Of a stretch of 64,000 nucleotides of DNA, positions 48,920 to 58,080 are shown in pieces. Below the pieces are notes generated by a model. The model saw only the letters and a list, made by a program, of their open reading frames with translations, searched no databases and was not told the DNA's origin. Source of the DNA: Candidatus Poribacteria bacterium (lineage in GTDB: Bacteria > Poribacteria > WGA-4E > WGA-3G); contig OY282386.1 in the NCBI GenBank assembly GCA_958295945.1, positions 2,181,864 through 2,245,863 of the forward strand, given 5' to 3'. The translations under genes were made by a program, and so were the position numbers. Positions within the stretch are counted from its first letter, which is position 1; each line of letters starts with the position of its first letter.

Positions 48920-50050
48920 TGAAGTGCCAACGGTAATTCAGACCAAAAAATCAGCAAAGTTAAGACAAGTTTTTTCGTTGAAATTCCACAGGTGTCAGAT
49001 AGTCTAACGCCGAGTGCGGGCGTTTCTGGTTGGACACCTGTGGAATAAAATGCCCAATTCGGGCTTTCGCTTCGTGGATGTCCTCGTAGTCATTGAGGTG
49101 AACTTCTTCTTCTTTGAGAGTGCGGATTAGTCTTTCAGCATATCCGTTCTCCCAAGGATGCCCTCTACGGGCAACCGAAATCTCAATCCTATGACGCTTC
49201 AACATTGACACGTAAGCATTTGAAAGATATTGAACGCCTTGATCGGAATGATGGATCTCTGGAACACTTTGACGCAATGCTGTCTCTAATGGTTTCAAAG
49301 TCAGAGATTGCGTCAAGTGCTGACTGATATGCCAAGCTCTGACCATGCGCGTGAAGACATCCATAAGCAGACAAACATAGATGAAGTGTCCCTTGAGACA
49401 GACGTAAGTAATATCGCCTACCCAGACCTGATCACATCGGGAGACCTGAAGGTTTTCAAGGCGATTCCCCCAAGGACGTACACCTTCAATGGAGTTCGTA
49501 GTTTGACAGGCACGCTTGACTGCGACTGAGAGGTTCGCAGCTTTCATCAAGCGAGCGACCACGCCTATAACCGACAGAGTATCCTTTAGACACCAGTAAC
49601 GCTGTGATACGCCTATAACCGTATGTCGGATACCGTAGAGTCTGTAGTTCTTGAACCATTTCTCGCTGCTCCATTGGAGTTAGCTCAACCAAGTCGAGGC
49701 TTTTTTTTGGATGTCAAGTGCCACGGTCAACCGCCCAACGAGTCGTTCAAGGTGTGCGATCCGTTTTTATATTGGCATCAGACTGCTTATCAGCGGGTTC
49801 AAAGAGGGTCGCTGCATTTTCAAGAAGTTGTCGCTTCCACTTTGAGAGTTGTTCATCGCTGAGGTTGTGTCTCCGACACAGTTCCGCTTGTGAACTTTCA
49901 CCCGTAAGTGCCTCAAGAACAACTTCGGCTTTAAACTCGGGAGTGAAGTTTCTTCGTTTTCGTTTCGCCATCGGATACTCCTTTCCAGTAGATGGATATT
50001 ATACCATAATCTTGTCTTAGAGAGTGGCCCGAATTTCCGATGGCAGTACA
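48920..50050 (-). mobile_element. IS3-family insertion sequence, full length but frameshifted
   Basis: Terminal IRs TGTACTGCCATCGGAAATTCGGGCCA (50050 inward) vs TGAAGTGCCAACGGTAATTCAGACCA (48920 inward), 20/26 match; orfA HTH (FTPEFKAEVV); A8 slippery tract 49701-49708; orfB DDE (WVGDITY, HHSDQG, ENGYAER). Confidence 0.9.
48960..49971 (-). pseudogene. IS3 transposase pseudogene (orfA/orfB with two extra frameshifts)
   Basis: orfA breaks near 49765 (the continuation KRIAHLERLVGRLTVALDIQKK is in another frame); orfB breaks near 49562 (GYRR / VARLMK in different frames). Confidence 0.8.
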
Positions 50051-50185
50051 CTTATTAGAATTCTAATTCCACTCAAAACATTCGCTCATATTAACCAAGC
50101 CCGGTAATTCTCGAATGTTGCGGTTTTACCCGTTATGTGCTTAAAATGGATGCAGAACACATAACTATCATTCAGGGAGGCAATC

Positions 50186-50761
50186 ATGACATCTGTTGCA
50201 GCCGAAAAATACATTTCACCTGAGGAATACCTCACTGCAGAACGCAGGGCAGAATATAAAAGCGAATACATCTACGGTGAGATATTCGCAATGTACGGGG
50301 CAAGTAACGCACATAACATTATCACAGTAGAAATTACCACTGAACTGAACATCCAATTAAGACAGCGTGGTTGCTTCGTTTACAGCGGTGATATGCGCGT
50401 TAAAACGAAGCCGACAGGTTCTTATTTCTATCCAGATGTCGTTGTTGTGTGTGATAAACCCCGTTTTGAAGATAATGTTTTCGATACCCTCTTGAACCCC
50501 ATCCTTGTCGTAGAGGTACTTTCACCATCAACTGAGGCGTTTGACAGAGGTGAAAAATTCGCACATTATCAGGAACTTGTGTCCTTGCAAGAATATATCC
50601 TTGTATCACAAGATAGGATGCGTGTTGAACACCATCGTTTGATTGAGACGCAGTGGGTAGGAAAGACGTTTGAAGCACCGGAAGATGTGCTGAAGTTCAA
50701 TTCCATTGAATGCGAATTGCCACTGCGGGATATATATACCCGCAGTTCATTTTCTGATTGA
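50186..50761 (+). CDS. Uma2 family (DUF820) putative restriction endonuclease-like protein
   Basis: EEYL..ER..EY.YGE, YPDVVVVC, LVVEVLSPSTEAFDRGEKF..YQ; AGGGAGG SD. Confidence 0.9.
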   Translation: MTSVAAEKYISPEEYLTAERRAEYKSEYIYGEIFAMYGASNAHNIITVEITTELNIQLRQRGCFVYSGDMRVKTKPTGSYFYPDVVVVCDKPRFEDNVFDTLLNPILVVEVLSPSTEAFDRGEKFAHYQELVSLQEYILVSQDRMRVEHHRLIETQWVGKTFEAPEDVLKFNSIECELPLRDIYTRSSFSD

Positions 50762-50803
50762 CAATCGGAACGCCAATTCCATCCGAAACAATAACACAAT
50801 AAA

Positions 50804-51142
50804 ATGCAAACATTGGTTCACATCAAGCAAACTACCGATCTACAACTCACAGATGATGATAATGATAAATTGCGAATCGGCATTGCGTGGGACGCATCGT
50901 CTCCGAATTCCAGACGTGCTTATCAACTGGCTTGGCGACAACTCAATGACTTCCTCTCAGCGAAAGGTGAAACACTGGACAACATTACAGATGCTAATAC
51001 TCGCATTGGACCTTTTATTGAACAAGTGTCCAACCAGAAACGATCTCACTCGGTATTAGGTTATTTAACACCTATTGAATTTGATCAAAAAAACTTGTCT
51101 TAACTTTACGAAAGTTTGGTCTAAAAAATCGATGGCACTTCA
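50804..51142 (+). pseudogene. Chimeric remnant: tyrosine-integrase-like N-terminal fragment joined to IS3 transposase C-terminus and right IR
   Basis: SPNSRRAYQLAWRQLNDFL then RIGPFIEQVSNQKRSHSVLGYLTPIEFDQKNLS (paralogous to the end of the 48960 orfB); IR end cttgtcttaacttt...gatggcacttca ends at 51142. Confidence 0.65.
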
Positions 51143-51268
51143 ACCCTTTAGTTATAGGAATGCATCATGGTAATACTGCAGCACTTGTATATCTGTGAGT
51201 GTCGGTTCACAGTCATAAGTTCGGTTGCTCTTGTCGTATTCCATGATGACATATTTATTCTCAGTGAT

Positions 51269-51739
51269 TTAGAATTTCCAACCTTCCCTTTCCATAAAAC
51301 CTTGAAGGTTAGTACAGTCAATGTTAAAGTATTCACATACATTTGGTATTTTGGTAGCGTTAGGTTTCTTTTTTTCTTGAGTGACTACACACCCATCTTT
51401 CGTTTTCGCTAAAGCAATGACAAACGGATCAGCAATTGGTCGACCAGTTATTTGATTTCTTTCAGTTACTAACTTTTGAAAATGCGGAACTAAAAATATA
51501 GATTCTGTAAATTGTGTTACTGAAGTATCGGGAATCTCAAAAATGCTTTTATTTTCATTTATCCAATCTATTAAATGTGGTAAACTAGCTTCATTGTCTA
51601 ATTCTCTAAAGACTTCACGTGCAGATATTATTCTTTTATCATTTACAGCCAGATTAAATTTATCCCAAAATCTTGGAAATTGCTGTGGATAATAATGACC
51701 TGTTACTATGAAGCTGCTGGTATCAAATACATAAACCAT
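51269..51739 (-). CDS. DUF4411-type PIN-like domain protein (putative toxin/RNase)
   Basis: YVFDTSSFI, EVFREL, ADPFVIALA, VVTQE, KIPNVC. Confidence 0.85.
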   Translation of the reverse strand: MVYVFDTSSFIVTGHYYPQQFPRFWDKFNLAVNDKRIISAREVFRELDNEASLPHLIDWINENKSIFEIPDTSVTQFTESIFLVPHFQKLVTERNQITGRPIADPFVIALAKTKDGCVVTQEKKKPNATKIPNVCEYFNIDCTNLQGFMEREGWKF

Positions 51740-52893
51740 TATTTAAGAGTTTTCAGTAAACGATCTTCAAATTGAGGTATCTGTTTGACCTTTACATTCA
51801 GATAATCTGCAAGTTCCTCAATTGAACATAATCCTTGATTGTATCTATTAAATGCAAGTGCCATATATTTATAGCCTAGATATGTAGCTTGAGTATTATA
51901 ATAGGATCCTCCACCTGGGGAATCCTTATCTGACTTTTTCTTTTTGTGTAAATCATATAGAGATGTCCACCTTTTTACTCTATATTGATAATCTTCAAAG
52001 TTAAGAATCCTTTTTTCAACCAATTTCAATAAAATTACAGGACGACTAACCTTATAGTGAGTAGCTAACTTTTCTACTACATCATCATCATATTCAACAT
52101 AATTCGTATGGGTTTCAAAGTCATCAGAAGGCACAAGAAATTCAGCAGCAAATTTGTTGCAAAATGTCTCAATTTTTGTACCATGTGGATTGATTCCGCG
52201 GGTAACACCATTTTTTCCAAGTAATATGTGTGCTAATTCATGCATCAGAGTAAAAATCTGTCTTACTGCTGCTCTACTATTATTCAGATAAATTACTGGA
52301 AATTCAGGATGTAATAAGCAAAATCCATCTACAGAATTATCTTTGAATGCATCTTTAAAAATAAAGACACCTTTTTCTTCAATACAATTTCTCCAATTTC
52401 CTAATGCTTCAGTAGTGTTCTTCCATTTGGTTTGCATGTTTGTGTCTATATTTATATACACACGAATTTTCTTTGCCAATTCAATAGGAGAATCGTTGAG
52501 CTTAGCATTAAAATCAAGATATAATTTGTTTTCTGCTAGATTTGTATTATTATTCAGTTCCATTAAAGAGAGTTGTCGTGAGTAAGCATGCCGCAATAGA
52601 AAATGAACCCTCGGTTCTAACTTCTTGACTTCTGATCTTCGTAATGCAAGTTTGTCAACGAAATTCTCCTCTTCTGGTGGATTGGGTAAAAAGAATAAGG
52701 CAACAGGACGTTTGTACTTATCAGCAAGTTTTTCAAGTTGAACATAAGTAAGTGCCCGTTCGCCAGACTCACATTCAATGATAAATGATTTGTCCTTATT
52801 CAAAGATTTTGCAGCTGCTTCTACCGAATAACCAGAACGTTCGCGTGCCCATTTGAGGATATTGAAATTAGTCCCATTAATGTATTTTGCCAT
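51739..52893 (-). CDS. XRE HTH + ImmA/IrrE family Zn metallopeptidase
   Basis: LKWARERSGYS..LEKLA..YKRP HTH; RQIFTLMHELAH (HExxH), ETFCNKFAAEFLVP; stop overlaps the DUF4411 start. Confidence 0.9.
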   Translation of the reverse strand: MAKYINGTNFNILKWARERSGYSVEAAAKSLNKDKSFIIECESGERALTYVQLEKLADKYKRPVALFFLPNPPEEENFVDKLALRRSEVKKLEPRVHFLLRHAYSRQLSLMELNNNTNLAENKLYLDFNAKLNDSPIELAKKIRVYINIDTNMQTKWKNTTEALGNWRNCIEEKGVFIFKDAFKDNSVDGFCLLHPEFPVIYLNNSRAAVRQIFTLMHELAHILLGKNGVTRGINPHGTKIETFCNKFAAEFLVPSDDFETHTNYVEYDDDVVEKLATHYKVSRPVILLKLVEKRILNFEDYQYRVKRWTSLYDLHKKKKSDKDSPGGGSYYNTQATYLGYKYMALAFNRYNQGLCSIEELADYLNVKVKQIPQFEDRLLKTLK

Positions 52894-53031
52894 ACTGTTT
52901 TTCTCTCTGCTAAAGCATTATTTCAATTTTTAAATAATTTCTACTTCTAAACTTCCAATTTCAATCCATCACACATGTATGTTAAGCACATAATAACATA
53001 ATAGGTTGAAGAATACAATTGAAATAATGAC

Positions 53032-54450
53032 TTACGGCTGCAAACCGAGTTTTTGATAGGATTCAGCAGTCGGGAAGATTTTACCGGGATTACAGAGTCC
53101 TGTTGGATTGAAGATGTCTTTTACATTTGCCATCACCTGTAAATCTACGGTACTGAAGATAAGTGGCATATAATCCATCTTTTCAACGCCTATTCCGTGT
53201 TCCCCAGTGATAGTACCGCCGACTTCCGCACAGACAGTTAGTATTTCCTTGTTTACATGTTCCACACGTTCACATTGGTCAGCATCACGTTCATCAAACA
53301 AGACAATCGGATGAATATTACCGTCACCAGCATGGAATACATTTGCTATTGCAATCTGATATTTTTCTGAGATTTCAGATATTCGTCTCAAAACCTTTGG
53401 CAACGTTGTACGAGGCACTACGCCATCTTGAGTGATGTAGTTCGGGGCAAGTCTACCGAATGAACCAAATGCGCTTTTCCGAGCTTTCCACAGTTCTTGA
53501 CGTTCAGCATCATCCTTAGCGTAGTTCACCTCACGCGCATTATGTTGATTGAATATATCCAGTATCCTATCAGTTTGATTCTGCATGCCTGCTTCTATTC
53601 CGTCAAGTTCCACGATGAGGATAGCTTCTGCATCAAGTGGAAAACCAAAATGGAACGCATCTTCCAATGCTTGGATTACAAGCGTATCCATCATTTCAAG
53701 AGCTGCTGGGATAATTCCTGCACCTATAATCGTTGAAACAGCATTAGATGCATCATCCATTTTGTCAAATACGGCAAGGGCAGTTTGATATGCTTGCGGA
53801 TTCCGTGTGAGCCGGACTGTGGCTTTGGTCACGATACCCAAAGTTCCTTCGGATGCGATGAACAAGCCGCGTAGGTCATATCCAAGAACTTCTTCAACTT
53901 CGCCACCTAACTCCATTATCTCACCATCAGGCATCACTACTTCCAACCCAATAATATGGTCAGACGTAACACCGTATTTTAAAGTATGTGGTCCACCTGA
54001 GTTTTCAGCGATATTGCCACCGATGGTGCATGCCTTCTGGCTTGATGGATCGGGTGCATAATGGTAACCTTGCCCTTGAACCGCTTGAGATAAGAGAAGA
54101 TTGACAACACCAGGTTCTACGACTGCTCTTTCGTTTTCAATATCAATTTCCAAGATGCGATCCATTCGGTTGAGAGCAATAATAATACCACCTTGAACAG
54201 AAAGCATACCTCCACTCAATCCCGTTCCTCCGCCTCGTGCGATGAAGGGAGTGTTGAACTTATTCGCTATCTTCACTATATCCGACACCTGTTGAGTCGT
54301 ATCAGCAAAGACGACCACATCCGGTAGTGCCTTGAATGAAGGTGCAGCATCACATTCATAGACTGACAAAGCAGTTAGGTCTGTTAACACATTTCTTTTT
54401 CCAAGTAGGTCTGTAAGTTCTTGAATGAGTTGTTCCTTTTGGTCCATCAT
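53032..54450 (-). CDS. glcD: Glycolate oxidase subunit GlcD-like FAD-linked oxidase
   Basis: ARGGGTGLSGG, YAPDPSSQKACTIGGNIAENSGGPH.LKYG, HAGDGNIHP, GEHGIG, NPGKIF. Confidence 0.88.
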   Translation of the reverse strand: MMDQKEQLIQELTDLLGKRNVLTDLTALSVYECDAAPSFKALPDVVVFADTTQQVSDIVKIANKFNTPFIARGGGTGLSGGMLSVQGGIIIALNRMDRILEIDIENERAVVEPGVVNLLLSQAVQGQGYHYAPDPSSQKACTIGGNIAENSGGPHTLKYGVTSDHIIGLEVVMPDGEIMELGGEVEEVLGYDLRGLFIASEGTLGIVTKATVRLTRNPQAYQTALAVFDKMDDASNAVSTIIGAGIIPAALEMMDTLVIQALEDAFHFGFPLDAEAILIVELDGIEAGMQNQTDRILDIFNQHNAREVNYAKDDAERQELWKARKSAFGSFGRLAPNYITQDGVVPRTTLPKVLRRISEISEKYQIAIANVFHAGDGNIHPIVLFDERDADQCERVEHVNKEILTVCAEVGGTITGEHGIGVEKMDYMPLIFSTVDLQVMANVKDIFNPTGLCNPGKIFPTAESYQKLGLQP

Positions 54451-54549
54451 ACATTCCTTTTTCCAAATTATCTTGATATGCAGATTACCATATTTCCGTT
54501 TGTTTGTCCAATTAGAATTGTGAGATCGTGAGATTGGATTACAAAAATC

Positions 54550-54578
54550 TTGACTTTCAACCTGAATTGTGATAGAAT
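54550..54578 (+). promoter_or_regulatory. Putative sigma70 promoter for cimA
   Basis: TTGACT-17 bp-TAGAAT with TG extension. Confidence 0.5.
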
Positions 54579-54673
54579 TTTGTTGGAAAGATTGTGTGCT
54601 ACAACATTATGGGAACGCGGAATTTTTGCTTTTTAACTTGCTATATTCTATCCAGAAATAGCGTAAACCAAGG

Positions 54674-56260
54674 ATGCTGTTAGATAACATGGTTGAATTT
54701 TATGATACAACACTTAGGGATGGAAGCCAAGCAGAAGGTGTAGCCTTTTCTGTTGAAGATAAGCTCATAATTATAGAAGAACTTGATAAATTAGGTATCC
54801 GTTATATTGAGGGTGGATATCCCGGTTCCAATCCCAAAGATATTGAGTTTTTCAAGCGCGCCAAAGGTATGACTTTAGAAACAGCAACGATTGTACCATT
54901 CGGTAGTACTCGTTATCCAACCTTTGAACCCGACGAAGATCCCAATCTATTAGCATTGTTGGATACTGGTGCCAGAATAGTTACGATCTTTGGAAAGACT
55001 TGGCGACTGCATGCGACTGATGTTCTACGTGTTTCAGCGGAAGAGAACTTGGTGATAATTGAAAGTTCTGTTCAGTATCTTGTGGAGAATGGACGCGAAG
55101 TCATATACGACGCGGAACACTTTTTTGATGGATATGCTGATGACCCGGAATATGCTATTGAAACACTTCGGGCTGCTACTTCTGGCGGGGCAAAATGTTT
55201 AGTGTTATGCGATACAAATGGTGGTAGGTTGCCAATAGAAATACAAGATGGTGTGAAAACTGCAATGTCTTCTTTCTCTTTACCTATCGGCATTCATGCA
55301 CATAACGACGCAGGTATGGGGGCAGCAAACTCTGTTTTAGCTGTTCAAGCAGGAGCTAATCATGTTCAAGGAACGTTCAACGGATATGGAGAACGTTGCG
55401 GAAACGCAAATCTGGCATCAATCATCCCAACGATTCAATTGAAGTTAGGCATAGAATGTATCAGTGAAACGCAACTACAGTCAATTACAAGAGTATCCAG
55501 GTTAGTGAGTGAGTTAGCGAACCTTCCACACGATGAACGACAACCGTATGTTGGTCGTTCTGCCTTTGCCCATAAAGGTGGATTACACACAGATGCAATC
55601 CGAAAAAACCGTCTGACTTACGAACATATTGAACCTGAAAGAGTTGGAAATACACAACGTATTCTCGTCTCTGATCAAGCAGGTCGCGGAACTATCATGA
55701 AGAAAATTGAGAAGGAATATCCTGATTACGATAAGAACTCACCACAGGTGTTGGAACTCTTTAATCGACTGAAAGAAGCAGAAAGCGAAGGTTATCAATA
55801 TGAAGCCGCTGAAGCATCGTTTGAGTTACTAACACATAGAGTTTTCAATGGTTATGAATCGTTTTTTGAGCAACTCGGTTTTCGTGTTATTATAGAGAAG
55901 TTCACGGATCATACTATGCGATCAGAGGCAACTGTCAAAGTAACTACGCCAGATGATTTCACAACACATACAGCAGCAGATGGAGATGGTCCGGTCAATG
56001 CTTTGGATACAGCGTTAAGAAAGGCGTTGGAGCAGTATTATCCAGTTTTGCAGAAAGTGCGCTTGATTGACTATAAAGTTAGGGTTTTGGATACCAAAGC
56101 AGGGACGGGTTCAAAAGTGCGTGTCCTGATTGAAGCGAGTGATGGGAAGAATAGTTGGCTGACTGTCGGGGTATCTGAAAATATCATTTCTGCAAGTTTT
56201 GAAGCACTCATTGAGAGTTTTGAATATAAGCTGCATAAAGATAAATATTCAATCAGTTGA
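54674..56260 (+). CDS. cimA: Citramalate synthase (LeuA family with regulatory domain)
   Basis: YDTTLRDGSQAEG, IEGGYPGSNPKD, DAEHFFDG, HAHND, GERCGN, FAHKGGLH, AADGDGPVNALD. Confidence 0.9.
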   Translation: MLLDNMVEFYDTTLRDGSQAEGVAFSVEDKLIIIEELDKLGIRYIEGGYPGSNPKDIEFFKRAKGMTLETATIVPFGSTRYPTFEPDEDPNLLALLDTGARIVTIFGKTWRLHATDVLRVSAEENLVIIESSVQYLVENGREVIYDAEHFFDGYADDPEYAIETLRAATSGGAKCLVLCDTNGGRLPIEIQDGVKTAMSSFSLPIGIHAHNDAGMGAANSVLAVQAGANHVQGTFNGYGERCGNANLASIIPTIQLKLGIECISETQLQSITRVSRLVSELANLPHDERQPYVGRSAFAHKGGLHTDAIRKNRLTYEHIEPERVGNTQRILVSDQAGRGTIMKKIEKEYPDYDKNSPQVLELFNRLKEAESEGYQYEAAEASFELLTHRVFNGYESFFEQLGFRVIIEKFTDHTMRSEATVKVTTPDDFTTHTAADGDGPVNALDTALRKALEQYYPVLQKVRLIDYKVRVLDTKAGTGSKVRVLIEASDGKNSWLTVGVSENIISASFEALIESFEYKLHKDKYSIS

Positions 56261-56287
56261 TTTGGATGGATTTCCTCTAAACTTTCC

Positions 56288-56316
56288 TTGACAATTATTT
56301 TCATATATGTTATACT
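56288..56316 (+). promoter_or_regulatory. Near-consensus sigma70 promoter
   Basis: TTGACA (56288-56293)-17 bp-TG-extended TATACT (56311-56316); GGAGGT SD upstream of ATG 56344. Confidence 0.65.
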
Positions 56317-56343
56317 AATTATAACATATATTGGAGGTATAAG

Positions 56344-56895
56344 ATGGGAAAATTAGACAATATTGAGAATTCTGCACAGAAACTGATTGTGTTGTGTCAG
56401 AAAGAGAAACCGACAAAGACTGATAAACAGAAGATGTTAGCACTTCATGCTGAAATCCTTGAAGGAATTGAAGGTCTTACTGAATGTGAATTGTGTGGTA
56501 CCATCAGTGAAGTGATTGTTACAATGACATTGGCAGATGTAACGGCTAAATTGTGTAAGGAATGTGGTGTTAAAGCATTGGATGTTGGTAAAATACAGAA
56601 GTCTACTCCGCGTAAACGCACACGATCTACGAAAACAGCGAAACCTACCCCTAAAAAATCGGATAAGAAAGTAGAAGAACCCGAAACTCCTGCAGAATTA
56701 CACGCTCGCGTAGAAGAACAGACAGGAATAAAGAAAACAGAGGTTAAACGTCTCCATAAAATAATCGAGGATATTGCGACACCGATGAACCTTGAAAATA
56801 CTTTGACGTATGTAAAGCGTGAAGTTGAGAATGCTAAATTGAAAGTTGAGGAAAAGGCATTAGAGAAAGCTGTTGATATACTAACTACTGCATAG
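56344..56895 (+). CDS. Hypothetical protein with CxxC..CxxC zinc site and Lys/Arg-rich linker
   Basis: CELC-x19-CKEC; KSTPRKRTRSTKTAKPTPKKSDKK; strong promoter and SD. Confidence 0.75.
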   Translation: MGKLDNIENSAQKLIVLCQKEKPTKTDKQKMLALHAEILEGIEGLTECELCGTISEVIVTMTLADVTAKLCKECGVKALDVGKIQKSTPRKRTRSTKTAKPTPKKSDKKVEEPETPAELHARVEEQTGIKKTEVKRLHKIIEDIATPMNLENTLTYVKREVENAKLKVEEKALEKAVDILTTA

Positions 56896-56943
56896 ATTTA
56901 CATTGCTTGAGAAGATATTCTATTCTTTGAAATGCTATACATT

Positions 56944-56969
56944 GGCGGGGCACAGAGACCCCGCCCTAC
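56944..56969 (-). repeat. Single REP (GTAG-GGCGGGGTCTCTGTGCCCCGCC family)
   Basis: ggcggggcacagagaccccgccctac, reverse complement of the 1589/14184 family, between convergent genes. Confidence 0.8.
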
Positions 56970-57051
56970 AAGATGATCAGTCACATCTGTGCCAAATCTT
57001 TATCATGCGATAGAGGTCCAGCTCTACAATGTGTAAAGGTCTATGTCGCTC

Positions 57052-58023
57052 TTAGAATGATACGCCTAATTTGACACTGCGTTCAGGATGATTGTCCATT
57101 TCAATGTATGCCTCAACGGAGTCTTCAAAAGGAACAATAGGGTCAACAATATCTTCGCAGTCAAACCGACCTTCAGCGAGCCATTTCCAGCAAGTTTCTC
57201 TGATTCGTGCGAAGTTCCAGCGCGGATGGTCCCGGTTTGGATCGCTGTTTGCACGGGCAAAGATAAGGTTTGGTATGTTGAAATGCGCAACAGCACCGAG
57301 GTCTAATCCACCAGTGCACTCTTTTGCCCAACCTGCCACAACGACCGTACCTTCAAACGCAACACTCCGAATTGCATCATCAAGAGCATTGTAATTCGCG
57401 CTTGTTTCAATTGCAACATCAAGACCTAATCCCCCTGTTGCTGCTTTCAGCTCTTCACCGACATTACATGCAGTTGGATCTAAGACGAGATCGGCACCGG
57501 TCTTTTCTGCAACAGCGCGCCGTCTCTCAATTGGATCAACACAAGCGATGAAATCAGCACCTGCTTCTTTCGCATATTGTTGTGTTACCAATCCGATTGC
57601 ACCGAGACCGAAGACTGCGACACGGTCACCAACTCGTACCTGTCCATCACGTATGGCGGACAATGCAAAGTGTGCAGGGTCATAACAGACAGCATCTTTC
57701 CAAGTCATCTTGTCTGTCATCTTTAGCACACCGTTCGCATTCCATGTATGTGTTTCTTTTAGGTGTCCGTGTCCAGCAACAAGTTCTCCGACTTCGCAGT
57801 TTTCAACATTTTCACCGATTTCTATGATTTTTCCAACGCACATGTTACCAAGTCCTTGAGGGAATCCTGCACCTCTATGTCCATAATACATGGTCATCTC
57901 GGTGCCGCGTTTGGGTGCACCGAATTCAATTTGGACGCGGACACTGTTTGCTGGAACGGGTCCGTCTTCATATTCTTTCAGGACAGGTTGCCGCGGAGCA
58001 ACTGCGACTAATTCTTTTGGCAT
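57052..58023 (-). CDS. MDR (zinc-binding-dehydrogenase family) oxidoreductase lacking Zn-lobe cysteines
   Basis: GAPKRGTE, GLGNMCVGKI, VFGLGAIG, VACVDP. Confidence 0.8.
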   Translation of the reverse strand: MPKELVAVAPRQPVLKEYEDGPVPANSVRVQIEFGAPKRGTEMTMYYGHRGAGFPQGLGNMCVGKIIEIGENVENCEVGELVAGHGHLKETHTWNANGVLKMTDKMTWKDAVCYDPAHFALSAIRDGQVRVGDRVAVFGLGAIGLVTQQYAKEAGADFIACVDPIERRRAVAEKTGADLVLDPTACNVGEELKAATGGLGLDVAIETSANYNALDDAIRSVAFEGTVVVAGWAKECTGGLDLGAVAHFNIPNLIFARANSDPNRDHPRWNFARIRETCWKWLAEGRFDCEDIVDPIVPFEDSVEAYIEMDNHPERSVKLGVSF

Positions 58024-58080
58024 ATTTTCTCCTTAGAGTAGTAGGCACACTCTGTGTGCAGTGAATGAATTTTCTGTCTC

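Noticed and set aside
48915-51147. Target-site duplications for the IS3 or a composite transposon
   Set aside because: Flanks (aagtc before 48920; cttat after 50050; accct after 51142) do not match.
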